In this document: positions 38,927 to 47,108 of the stretch, piece by piece | Position numbering within the stretch: position 1 is the first letter of the stretch | How the letters are laid out: the number at the start of each line of letters is the position of its first letter | NCBI GenBank assembly: GCA_045587165.1 | Contig: JAZNBT010000045.1 | Location: 1-50,925 of the forward strand | DNA from: Alphaproteobacteria bacterium | GTDB taxonomy: Bacteria; Pseudomonadota; Alphaproteobacteria; CAAGCB01; CAG-977 | Direction of reading: 5' to 3' | DNA: 50,925 bases | Program-made: the position numbers and the translations under genes | Notes under the pieces: model-generated | The model's database searches: none | What the model saw: only the letters and a program-made list of their open reading frames with translations | Told to the model about the DNA's origin: nothing

Positions 38927-38960
38927 CCCTTGGAAAACAAAGCGTTTTCAAGGGTTTTTT
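38927..38960 (+). terminator. Rho-independent terminator after tRNA-Pro
   Basis: CCCTTGGAAAAC-AAAGC-GTTTTCAAGGG followed by TTTTTT. Confidence 0.7.
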
Positions 38961-39167
38961 CTTTTCTTTGAAAACAGGCAAAAAATGCCGCATAGCTAAC
39001 ACGAAACGGTCGACATCAGCGACCTAAAAAATTTTTAAATCGAATCGGTAAACGGCGACAAGATATTTTCCTCTTCAGATTTTTTTACATACAACGCTAA
39101 ACAGCGTATGATGAAGCTTTAACCTGTTTAATCGTAAAATAATTTTGAAATTTAAGGAAACCCATTG

Positions 39168-39680
39168 ATGATTATTTTAATTGCGGGAGCGTCTCATACG
39201 GGAAAAACGGCACTTGCCCAAAAGATGCTTGAAAAATATAAATACCCGTACCTGTCGATAGATCATTTGAAAATGGGATTGATTCGCAGTGCAAAAACAG
39301 ACCTCACACCGACAAGCGACGATAACGATTTGACCGCTTATTTATGGCCGATTGTCCGCGAAATGATTAAAACCGCCATTGAAAACAACCAAAATCTTAT
39401 TGTCGAAGGATTTTATATTCCTTTCGATTGGGCAAAGGATTTTGAACAAAAATATCTTGAAAACATATCGTATTATTGTTTGGTCATGAGCGAAAAATAC
39501 ATAAAAAGTCATTTTTCCGACATAAAAAAATACGCAAACGTCATTGAAAACCGATTGAATGACGAAGACAGCACGTTGGAAAACGTATTAAAAGACAATG
39601 CCGCGATTTTAGAACTGGCCAAAAAAAATAAAGTCCGTTATGTGCTGATTGACGACGCATATGAAATCAATATCGATTAA
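39168..39680 (+). CDS. P-loop NTPase / small-molecule kinase-like protein
   Basis: ATG 39168 follows an AAGGAAA Shine-Dalgarno; the ORF-track start at 39165 is TTG. Walker A is GASHTGKT. About 170 aa, AT-rich codon usage. Confidence 0.7.
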   Translation: MIILIAGASHTGKTALAQKMLEKYKYPYLSIDHLKMGLIRSAKTDLTPTSDDNDLTAYLWPIVREMIKTAIENNQNLIVEGFYIPFDWAKDFEQKYLENISYYCLVMSEKYIKSHFSDIKKYANVIENRLNDEDSTLENVLKDNAAILELAKKNKVRYVLIDDAYEINID

Positions 39681-39699
39681 AAAATCCTTCGCTTTATTT

Positions 39700-40245
39700 T
39701 TACGGCCGCAGTTCAATCAAACACCTTTTCTTTAATACGTCACCGACTTGAATTTTTTCCATTTCATAACCGCCGTATTCTTTCATAACGCCGGACATTG
39801 TTTTATATGACGCTTGATTATCGTTAAAACAGCAAACGACAACCTCTTTTAACCCCAAAACATCTCGCGCATAATCCGACACCAATCGCAATCCGGCTTT
39901 CCCGTATCCTTTTCTTCGCATGGAGGGTATTATTTCATACGCGATATGTCCGACGCCCGTTTCCATCATTTTTTCGGTCATTTCATGACGTAATGCAAAA
40001 AAGCCGGCAAAAACATCATCGTCAAACAGCCAAAAAACCGTCTGAGGAACAAAACCTTCCGGCAAATCGATACCTTTTTGTTCCTTTTCGATTTCTTCAA
40101 AATATGTTTTAAAGTCGCCGGACCAAGCTTGAAAAAATCGCTTCACAATAAGGATATCAAAGGGAGAAGGAAATTCTTTGATTTCCTTTGCACCTTTTTT
40201 TACCAGTTCCAACAAATTTTTATCAGGTTGTTTTAATTCAATCAT
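39700..40245 (-). CDS. GNAT family N-acetyltransferase
   Basis: 181 aa. The acetyl-CoA binding pattern RRKGYGKAGL sits in the usual motif A position. Confidence 0.8.
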   Translation of the reverse strand: MIELKQPDKNLLELVKKGAKEIKEFPSPFDILIVKRFFQAWSGDFKTYFEEIEKEQKGIDLPEGFVPQTVFWLFDDDVFAGFFALRHEMTEKMMETGVGHIAYEIIPSMRRKGYGKAGLRLVSDYARDVLGLKEVVVCCFNDNQASYKTMSGVMKEYGGYEMEKIQVGDVLKKRCLIELRP

Positions 40246-40256
40246 AAACAGCCTTT

Positions 40257-40433
40257 TCAGCGCTTATAATCATAAAAGCATTTTTTCAAAACACTCATGT
40301 CTTCGATAAAATCGTTCAAATTATCGGCACTATCCTTTTTTGTTTCAACCGTAACCCACGCCTTGTCAGGAATCATTTCGGAGATAACCTCCAAATCCAT
40401 TTCCCCTTTACCCAAGTGGGAATGGTCGTCATA
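40257..40433 (-). pseudogene. 3' fragment of a xylose-isomerase-like TIM-barrel (sugar phosphate isomerase/epimerase) gene split by the mobile element
   Basis: Encodes ...YDDHSHLGKGEMDLEVISEMIPDKAWVTVETK.... It continues exactly where the 46013..46628 fragment stops (...SPYDD). The first 22 codons of the ORF-track ORF are element-derived. Confidence 0.8.
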
Positions 40434-40434
40434 C
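40424..40434 (+). repeat. attL core (11-bp direct repeat GGTCGTCATAC)
   Basis: Exact copy of 46013-46023. On the minus strand it encodes the duplicated YDD of the split gene. Confidence 0.85.
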
Positions 40435-40583
40435 ACGCCGTAAGATTTTCCTTGTGTTCTCTGGGTGATGTTTATGATTACCGAAGCATACCAACCCATT
40501 GAATATAAAGGAAAAATATGCTTCCTTTTTAATGACGGAAAAACAGCGGGGATTTTGGGAAAACATCAGAAATTATCGTTTTT

Positions 40584-40607
40584 TGTTACCCATATGTTAC
40601 CCACGAA
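40584..40607 (+). repeat. Tandem TGTTACCCA motifs (11-bp phasing), putative arm-type integrase binding sites upstream of int
   Basis: TGTTACCCA occurs at 40584 and 40595. The 13-mer TGTTACCCACGAA (40595-40607) is identical to 45900-45912. Confidence 0.55.
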
Positions 40608-40634
40608 ACAATGCGTAAAACAGGAGAAATGCTT

Positions 40635-41921
40635 ATGAAAATCAGTAAAAAGACCATAGAAAATTTGAAATTTGACGGCAAAGAACGGCTTTTTTTCGAT
40701 GATTCGCTAAAAGGTTTCGGTGTTCGCGTCCGCAAAGACAGCTCAAGTTATATCGTTATGTATCGAAATAATCACGGACAGCAACGGAAAATGACTATCG
40801 GCAAAACGTCGGGCATAACACCGACCGAAGCGCGGGAACAAGCGCGCAGGATTTTAGCCGATGTCGTGCGCGGCGATGATCCGCATATCGAGAAAATCGA
40901 GACGCGCCACGATTTAACCGTTCCCGAACTTGTCCAATTTTACATTACGGAACGGCAAGCCGTTTTTAAGAACGCGACCAAAGAATACTATGAAAGGGTT
41001 TTGCGAACACGCATAAAGCCTTTGTTGTCCGACCTTTATATGAAAGACGCGAAGACAAGGAACATACAAAAGTTCTACGACGCTATTATGGCGGGTAAAA
41101 GCCTTGCGCCGCAGTATTGTAAAAATCCGGCTCAAAAACATATCGCCTTTGCGAACAGTGCCGTTCAGTTGATAAGCACGGCTTACGAATATGCGATCTC
41201 GCAGGAAATGGCGACATTTAATCCGTGTTCGCATATCAAGCGCGTTCCGACGCCGAGCCGTCGTTTCTTTCTTGACGACAAAGGGCTAGTGCTGTTCGGA
41301 AAGACTTTGAACGGGATAGAGTATTCCAAAAAACTCTATATTGACGCTATCCGTTTGATTGCTCTGACCGGTTGCCGGAAAAACGAAATACTGAAATTGA
41401 AGTGGAAATATATCGACTTTGACAATCAGCTTTTCCGTTTTCCTGACACAAAAACGGGGGCGCAAGACAGACCGTTCGGAAGCGCGGCTAAACGGTTTAT
41501 GCAGGAACTCAAACAAAAATTAAACCGGCAATCAGAAGACGAACTGATTTTCGGGGAAAACAAACAAGCCTCGAAAAAGGTCGAACATTTGTTCGGCTCT
41601 TATATCAAACGTGTTCCCGGATTGGAGGGACTTATGCCGCACGGTTTAAGACACACGTTCGCTTCAATGGCGGCGGCATTGGGGTATTCGGACACGGTTA
41701 TTTCGTGTTTGGTCGGGCATAAATTAAGCACGATGACAAGCCGATACACTCATTTGACGGATACCGTCCGAACCGCTGCCGCAAACGCCGTGAGCGAAAG
41801 AATAGCCGCGCTTATGGACGGGAAAGACGGCTCTGCGGGAAATGACAACAGAGTTTCAACGCGGAACCGTGAACCGGATGAAACAGAGTTCAACAGAACG
41901 GAAGTTTCGTCGGCGGGGTGA
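40635..41921 (+). CDS. int: Tyrosine recombinase, P4-type integrase with N-terminal arm-binding (DUF4102-like) domain
   Basis: AGGAGA Shine-Dalgarno upstream of ATG 40635. The N-terminal LKGFGVRVRKDSSSYIVMYR block is present. Catalytic residues are seen in LTGCRKNE (R), HGLRHTF (H-x-x-R) and GH...SRYTH (H, Y). Confidence 0.9.
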   Translation: MKISKKTIENLKFDGKERLFFDDSLKGFGVRVRKDSSSYIVMYRNNHGQQRKMTIGKTSGITPTEAREQARRILADVVRGDDPHIEKIETRHDLTVPELVQFYITERQAVFKNATKEYYERVLRTRIKPLLSDLYMKDAKTRNIQKFYDAIMAGKSLAPQYCKNPAQKHIAFANSAVQLISTAYEYAISQEMATFNPCSHIKRVPTPSRRFFLDDKGLVLFGKTLNGIEYSKKLYIDAIRLIALTGCRKNEILKLKWKYIDFDNQLFRFPDTKTGAQDRPFGSAAKRFMQELKQKLNRQSEDELIFGENKQASKKVEHLFGSYIKRVPGLEGLMPHGLRHTFASMAAALGYSDTVISCLVGHKLSTMTSRYTHLTDTVRTAAANAVSERIAALMDGKDGSAGNDNRVSTRNREPDETEFNRTEVSSAG

Positions 41922-42026
41922 TCCAAGAGGGGCGAAGTCCCTTTGGCAAGTGGGCAGAAGAAATTCTGCCCTAACTTGCTATGGCAGATTTTTTTCTGCC
42001 GTGGAAAAGAACCGGGAGCAAGAACA
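41920..42026 (+). promoter_or_regulatory. Candidate oriT / mob promoter region
   Basis: Two inverted repeats lie directly upstream of the MobV relaxase gene: GGGCAGAA-gaaa-TTCTGCCC (41952-41971) and GGCAGA-N6-TCTGCC (41983-42000). Confidence 0.4.
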
Positions 42027-43205
42027 ATGGCGCATTTGGAAAAATACCCGAAAGCGGGATTAAGTCATCTTTTGAAGCATAACGAACGGACGGAACGGGA
42101 TTGCCACGTCAACCGGTCGAACAAAAACATCGTTTCCGAACGGACGCATTTGAATTACAACCTTGCGCCCGAAACTGGAATGTCAATGCACGAAGTTTTG
42201 AAAAAGCGACTGTCCGAAGTCCGTCTTTACAACCGTCCGGACGTGAATGTTATGGGCGATTGGGTCATAACAAAACCGAAAGATGTCAAGAACGAAGATA
42301 CGGAAAAGTTCTTTAAGGCGGCTTATGAATTTTGCCGCGACAGATACGGGGAAAAGAATGTTGTCGGTGCGTTCGTTCATATGGACGAATGCACGCCGCA
42401 TTTACATTTCAGTTTTGTTCCCGTGGTCGTTGACAAGAAAAAGCACAATGAAAAAGTCTGCTTTCAGGAATGTTGTCCGCGTCGTGATTATCAGACGTTT
42501 CACCCGGAACTGTCAGCGCATATTGAAAAGGCATTGGGGTATCAGGTGGAAATCCTGAACGAAGCGACACGGGACGGAAACAAGGAAGTCATCGCGTTGA
42601 AACGGGAAACATTCATTCGGGAGTTTGAACGGGAGAAAGCGGAACGGGAACGGATATGGGAGGAAGTTAAAGCCCGACAACAGAGGGCTTTGGAAGAGGT
42701 TGAAAGAAAACTTCAAGCCAAGCGGAACGATCTGGAAGTCTTAACGCGGGAACACTGCGTTTTAGATGAGATTATGCGGACGCGATTCAATGTCCCCGCC
42801 GGAGTGGAACACTACAAAAGCTTTTTGGGCGGTTCAATGGTTCGTATGCCGGCAGAAACATTTGAAATGATGAAAAGCCGTTTGGACGCGGCGGATAAAA
42901 TCCAGGTCGTTTCCTATTTTGATCGGAACAGGTATCGCGAACTAATAAATCTTGACAGCTACAAGGAAATCCGCAAAGCGACGGCTGAAACGGAGGCGGC
43001 AAAGAGGGAAACGGCGGATTTGCGGCGGGAATATGACGCTTTCATCGAACGGACGAACAAGAATTATTCTTTCTTCAAAAGCTTTCTTGAAGCGCGTCCG
43101 GAATGGAAAAAGGAGTTCCTGCGACAGCGTGAGGAGTTGGCGCGGTCGCAGGAAAACCGTTCCAGAAATTACGGACGGGAACAATCAAGAGGACGCGAAA
43201 GGTAA
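42027..43205 (+). CDS. MobV-family (Mob_Pre) relaxase
   Basis: Start MAHLEKYPKAGLSHLLKHNER...THLNYNL parallels the pMV158 MobM N-terminus. The HxDE..PHxH motif is VHMDECTPHLHFSFVP. Coiled-coil Glu/Arg-rich C-terminus. Confidence 0.85.
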   Translation: MAHLEKYPKAGLSHLLKHNERTERDCHVNRSNKNIVSERTHLNYNLAPETGMSMHEVLKKRLSEVRLYNRPDVNVMGDWVITKPKDVKNEDTEKFFKAAYEFCRDRYGEKNVVGAFVHMDECTPHLHFSFVPVVVDKKKHNEKVCFQECCPRRDYQTFHPELSAHIEKALGYQVEILNEATRDGNKEVIALKRETFIREFEREKAERERIWEEVKARQQRALEEVERKLQAKRNDLEVLTREHCVLDEIMRTRFNVPAGVEHYKSFLGGSMVRMPAETFEMMKSRLDAADKIQVVSYFDRNRYRELINLDSYKEIRKATAETEAAKRETADLRREYDAFIERTNKNYSFFKSFLEARPEWKKEFLRQREELARSQENRSRNYGREQSRGRER

Positions 43206-43334
43206 AAGGTGCGAGAGACTTCAAGATCAAAAAAAGGAAATTGAATGTGAATAATTTATTCGTAAAAGTGAACAAAATATTGCTTTTTAGCTTTCTATAT
43301 GCTGTATTATAATGTGTTTATATGGATTGGGTCA

Positions 43335-43559
43335 ATGGTGGTTAATTACAATAAGCTCTGGAAGCTTTTGATTGATAAAGGCATTACAAAAACGGAAATG
43401 CGTAAACGTGCGGGGATCAGCACAAGCGTTTTAGCTAAAATGGGAAAAAACGAAACGGTTTCTATGGATACATTAACGCGGATTGCATCTGCGATGAACT
43501 GCGGTTTTGATGATATTGTAGAGATAAAAGGCGAGGATAGAAACAATGACGCAGAATGA
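43335..43559 (+). CDS. Small XRE/Cro-type HTH protein, putative controller (C) protein of the R-M module
   Basis: About 74 aa from MVVNYNKLWKLLIDKGITKTEMRKRAGISTSVLAKMGKN.... Its 3' end overlaps the methyltransferase ATG by 14 nt. Confidence 0.65.
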   Translation: MVVNYNKLWKLLIDKGITKTEMRKRAGISTSVLAKMGKNETVSMDTLTRIASAMNCGFDDIVEIKGEDRNNDAE

Positions 43560-44835
43560 ACCTATTCGTTTCATTGACTTGTTCGCAGGAATAGGCGGAA
43601 TAAGGAAAGGCTTTGAGCTTGCGTGTGCTGATAGACATATAAACACAGAATGCGTTTTCACGTCAGAAATAAAGTCTTATGCGATAGATGTCTTAAAACA
43701 AAATTATCCAAGCGAAGATATATACGGGGATATAACGCAGATTATGGCGACAGATATACCCGACTTTGATTTTTTGCTTGCGGGTTTTCCTTGCCAAGCG
43801 TTTTCTGCTGCTGGGAAAAGATTAGGATTTGAAGATACAAGGGGAACTTTGTTTTTTGAAGTCGCTCGTATTTTAAAGGAAAAGAAGCCATTTGGTTTTA
43901 TTCTCGAAAATGTTGAGGGGCTTGTAAATCACAATCGGCTAAATAAAAATGATAAAATTGGAAAAACGCTTTCAACAATTTTACAGACCCTTGATGAACT
44001 AAATTATAAGGTTTCGTGGAGGGTATTGAACGCAAAGGATTTTGGCGTTCCACAAGATCGAAAAAGGATTTATATTGTAGGAACGAAAAAAGAAGCTCCT
44101 AATTTAGAAAAATTCCAACGAGTAAAAAAGTACTTAAAAGATATTCTTGAATGCGGCAAAACCATTTCTACAAGTCCCTTTGTTAAACTCGTATTAAGTC
44201 ATTATTCCATAGAAGATCTCTATGGTAAGTCTATAAAAGATAAGCGTGGTGGTGAAAACAATATTCATAGCTGGGATATTGAGTATAAAGGAGCAATATC
44301 ACAAGAGCAAAAAGACCTTTTGAACACTATGCTTAAGGAACGCAGAAAAAAGAAGTGGGCAGAAGAGTATGGTATCGACTGGATGGACGGAATGCCGTTG
44401 ACAGTAGATCAGATAAAAACTTTCTATAACCATCCAGATATTGAAACAATGCTTTCCGATCTCGTCAAGAAAGGCTATGTCAAAATGGAGTATCCGAAAA
44501 AGAAAATTGGAAATATGCGTGTTCAAGATACAACACTTCAAAAAGGATATAACATTGTCGCTGGAAAAATGTCGTTTGAAATTAACAAGATTCTTGATCC
44601 AAAAGGAATCGCCCCTACGCTGGTCGCTATGGATATGCAAAGGTTGTTCGTGGTTGATGGTGTTGGTTTAAGAACACTAACCTTACGAGAAGGATTGCGT
44701 TTATTTGGTTATCCAGATACCTATAAATTTGATACTTCTATTGAAAATGGTTACGATCTTTTGGGTAATACCGTGGTTGTTCCCGTTATCAAAGAAGTAG
44801 CAAACCGAGTTTTAGATGTTTACTGCGAGGTGTAA
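43546..44835 (+). CDS. DNA (cytosine-5)-methyltransferase
   Basis: 429 aa. Motif I FIDLFAGIGG, motif IV GFPCQAFS, motif VI ENVEGL, motif VIII QDRKRIYIVG, motif X GNTVVVPV, with a long variable target-recognition region. Confidence 0.92.
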   Translation: MTQNEPIRFIDLFAGIGGIRKGFELACADRHINTECVFTSEIKSYAIDVLKQNYPSEDIYGDITQIMATDIPDFDFLLAGFPCQAFSAAGKRLGFEDTRGTLFFEVARILKEKKPFGFILENVEGLVNHNRLNKNDKIGKTLSTILQTLDELNYKVSWRVLNAKDFGVPQDRKRIYIVGTKKEAPNLEKFQRVKKYLKDILECGKTISTSPFVKLVLSHYSIEDLYGKSIKDKRGGENNIHSWDIEYKGAISQEQKDLLNTMLKERRKKKWAEEYGIDWMDGMPLTVDQIKTFYNHPDIETMLSDLVKKGYVKMEYPKKKIGNMRVQDTTLQKGYNIVAGKMSFEINKILDPKGIAPTLVAMDMQRLFVVDGVGLRTLTLREGLRLFGYPDTYKFDTSIENGYDLLGNTVVVPVIKEVANRVLDVYCEV

Positions 44836-44839
44836 CAAA

Positions 44840-45580
44840 ATGAGACTAACAGCCCAACAGGTTTATGATAAATTAGTAAACGAAGACAGGATTCTTGAAT
44901 TACAAGGGCAAATTAAATTTTTCTTTGGCGATGTTGATATTATTGTCAAACAAAAGGATGTCGTCGGGAATATAATTCAAGAATGGCTTCAAGGTTGGTT
45001 CGATAAACGCGGTATTGAATATGCTCCATCAGAAAATACACAAATGCCGCCGGATTTTTTTCTGAATCCAGATGATAGGACGGTAAATCTGTTAGAAGTA
45101 AAGGCTTTTAACCGTTCAGCAAGCCCTGGTTTTGATATTGCAGATTTTCGAATGTATGAAGAAGAAATAGTAGATAAACCTTATATGCTAAATGTTGATT
45201 ATTTAATCTTTGGCTACGATATGAGCGATGACGGCGTTGTAACGGTAAAAGACCTTTGGTTAAAGAAAGTATGGCAAATAACGCGTTGTATGGATGACTG
45301 GGCAATCAATTTGCAAATAAAACAGAATGTCGTTCATAAAATTCGCCCTGGTGTTTGGTATAGCACACAAAGAGTAAGATTTCCCATGTTTTCTCGCCTT
45401 GAAGATTTCATTTCAGCTATTGAGCAAACTGTTTGGCAAAATCCGAAAACACGCGACCAATCTGGAACTTGGAAAAGGCGTTTTTTGGAAAGTTATGAAC
45501 GTCATTATCATATTCGATTGGATATTCCACGTTGGGATGATATAGCGGAAAGATATAGAAACGATAGTGTTCGGGATTAA
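44840..45580 (+). CDS. Type II restriction endonuclease (PD-ExK fold), cognate to the adjacent m5C methyltransferase
   Basis: ATG 44840 follows a GAGG Shine-Dalgarno, 4 nt after the methyltransferase stop. A PD...EVK motif is present (MPPDFF ... LLEVKAF). Specificity not determinable by eye. Confidence 0.65.
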   Translation: MRLTAQQVYDKLVNEDRILELQGQIKFFFGDVDIIVKQKDVVGNIIQEWLQGWFDKRGIEYAPSENTQMPPDFFLNPDDRTVNLLEVKAFNRSASPGFDIADFRMYEEEIVDKPYMLNVDYLIFGYDMSDDGVVTVKDLWLKKVWQITRCMDDWAINLQIKQNVVHKIRPGVWYSTQRVRFPMFSRLEDFISAIEQTVWQNPKTRDQSGTWKRRFLESYERHYHIRLDIPRWDDIAERYRNDSVRD

Positions 45581-45617
45581 AAGAAAAATGCGGGATAAAA
45601 TCCTGCATTTTTCTTTT
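45579..45617. terminator. Strong bidirectional terminator between the restriction gene and alpA
   Basis: 17-bp stem AAAAGAAAAATGCGGGA / TCCTGCATTTTTCTTTT with one G-T pair and loop TAAAA. Confidence 0.75.
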
Positions 45618-45622
45618 AGAAT

Positions 45623-45844
45623 TTAGTTTTTAATACCGCTTGCCCTATACGCCTCCGATAATTGTTCGTCTATCCAAGCGTTCAAATCCTCGACGGCATA
45701 AACTACTTGTTTCGTTCCGAACTTTCTAAATTTCGGACCGCCGCCGATTGAAGCGTATTTTGCCAAAGTTTTTTCGGAACGCGACAAACCTTTTTGTGCC
45801 AGATATGCCGCCGCTTGTTTTCTGCTTAAAAAAAGTCTTTCCAT
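45623..45844 (-). CDS. AlpA / excisionase-type HTH protein
   Basis: 73 aa. FLSRKQAAAYLAQKGLSRSEKTLAKYASIGGGPKFRKFG...VVYAVEDLNAWI fits the AlpA/Xis (HTH_17) pattern. It sits at the element end opposite int. Confidence 0.8.
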   Translation of the reverse strand: MERLFLSRKQAAAYLAQKGLSRSEKTLAKYASIGGGPKFRKFGTKQVVYAVEDLNAWIDEQLSEAYRASGIKN

Positions 45845-45888
45845 TGTTCACCTCTTTATACCCGTTATCGAACCTGTTTTCGATATGC

Positions 45889-45912
45889 TGTTACCTTTTT
45901 GTTACCCACGAA
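45889..45912 (+). repeat. Second pair of TGTTACC motifs (11-bp phasing) in the right arm
   Basis: TGTTACC at 45889 and TGTTACCCACGAA at 45900, in the same orientation as the left-arm pair. Confidence 0.55.
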
Positions 45913-46012
45913 GCCTTTTCCCGCTGTCCGCAATAAAAAGGAAAAAATTTAGTTATTATTTTTCAATGAGTTAAATAATTTTTTATTCTCCTTTTTCATT
46001 TTTTGCTTGAAA

Positions 46013-46023
46013 GGTCGTCATAC
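46013..46023 (+). repeat. attR core (11-bp direct repeat GGTCGTCATAC)
   Basis: Exact copy of 40424-40434. Confidence 0.85.
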
Positions 46024-46628
46024 GGCGAAGCAATGTCTTTGGAATCCGTGAAATGATACATTTGAGGATTTAACCGATTAAACTGTTGACAATACTCGTA
46101 CACATTCCGTTTATGCGAATTTGCCGAACATATGGCGTGTCCAAAATCAAGGCAAAAGCCGCAGCCGGACTGTTCTTTTATTTTTTGAATTTCTTCGGGC
46201 GAATGTCCGACGCACCGATGCTCGTTTTCCAAATACTCATAAGCGACATACGGTTTGTTTTCTATCAACGCCCGTTTTTCATCAAACGCGCTTAATTGCC
46301 TTATCGTTTCTTCGACGGGTCCGTCAACACCGCCGTGGAAAATAATGTGTTTGCAGTCCAATTCATCCGAAAAAGCTTTGACTTCCTGATATATTTTTAA
46401 ATTTTCAGACGCGTTGTCCTTATCCGCCAAATTAAAACCGAACGTAAAATAAGCCGTATGAATAATGTACGGTATATCCAATGATTTCCATCTGCTTATT
46501 GAAGGGAAACTGTCCGGAATGATAAACAGTTCGATATAATCAAACACTTTTTGATCGTAAAGCTGTTTGGCTTCATCAAAATACGTGTTTGTATCGGTCG
46601 ACCGTAATTTCAAACCGCGGCAAAACAT
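46013..46628 (-). pseudogene. 5' fragment of the split xylose-isomerase-like TIM-barrel gene
   Basis: 205 codons up to ...IASPYDD are host-derived. The last five codons (LSSKK, stop) of the ORF-track ORF are read from element DNA. IFHGG, LENK and DFGH motifs are typical of the AP_endonuc_2 / sugar isomerase TIM barrel. Confidence 0.8.
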
Positions 46629-46646
46629 TCAGGACTCCTTTTTTAC

Positions 46647-47069
46647 TTATTTTCCGAGCAGCACATCCAACTGATGTTTTTCTTCAGCTGCCGTTTGAGG
46701 TTCCGCAAAGCCGATTTCAGGATTATCCGCAGCGATTCCGACATAAATTTGCTTGGGCGTCACCCCTTCATTCAAAAAAACAGCCGCCGTATTTCTTATA
46801 CGATCCATTGCCCCTAAAGCTTGATCGGACGGTACATCCTGATAAGAAAGTCTGCCTAAAAAACATACATAAAGGTTTTCTTTTTTGACGTCTTTAGCGA
46901 TTTTTTTTATTTGTTGAACGGCCGTTTCATTCAGCTCCGCACTGCCATATTCAAACAAAACGGAAAACCGCTTACCGTTTTTAACAGGACAGCCTGTATT
47001 CGCATGAAAAGGTACGGAACTGCACGATATCAAAAAAAATGCACTCAAAAGCAAAAACTTTCTTTTCAT
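46647..47069 (-). CDS. OmpA-C-like small lipoprotein
   Basis: Start at MKRKFLLLSAFFLISCSS (lipobox LISC). The longer ORF-track start would overlap tRNA-Leu. FEYGSAELN...RIRNTAAVFLNEGV fits the OmpA-like peptidoglycan-binding pattern. Confidence 0.6.
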   Translation of the reverse strand: MKRKFLLLSAFFLISCSSVPFHANTGCPVKNGKRFSVLFEYGSAELNETAVQQIKKIAKDVKKENLYVCFLGRLSYQDVPSDQALGAMDRIRNTAAVFLNEGVTPKQIYVGIAADNPEIGFAEPQTAAEEKHQLDVLLGK

Positions 47070-47108
47070 TTGGGGTGTCCTTGTGGTAATAAGTATTTTG
47101 TCCCTTTC

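Larger units (their letters stand above)
40424..46023 (+). mobile_element. Integrative mobilizable element, about 5.6 kb (int, oriT?, mobV, C-M-R type II restriction-modification, alpA/xis)
   Basis: Bounded by the identical 11-bp direct repeat GGTCGTCATAC at 40424-40434 and 46013-46023. It interrupts a TIM-barrel gene. Recombination genes sit at both ends pointing inward. The interior is AT-richer by eye. Confidence 0.85.

Noticed and set aside
40257-40499. 80-aa ORF as an independent small gene
   Set aside because: Only the part from YDDHSHLGKG onward is homologous to the TIM-barrel family. The first 22 codons are read from mobile-element DNA, so this is a gene fragment rather than a gene.
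41943-42026. Upstream extension of the relaxase ORF (MASGQKKFCPNLLWQIFFCRGKEPGART)
   Set aside because: The extension covers the inverted repeats of the candidate oriT. The canonical MobV N-terminus and a Shine-Dalgarno occur at ATG 42027.
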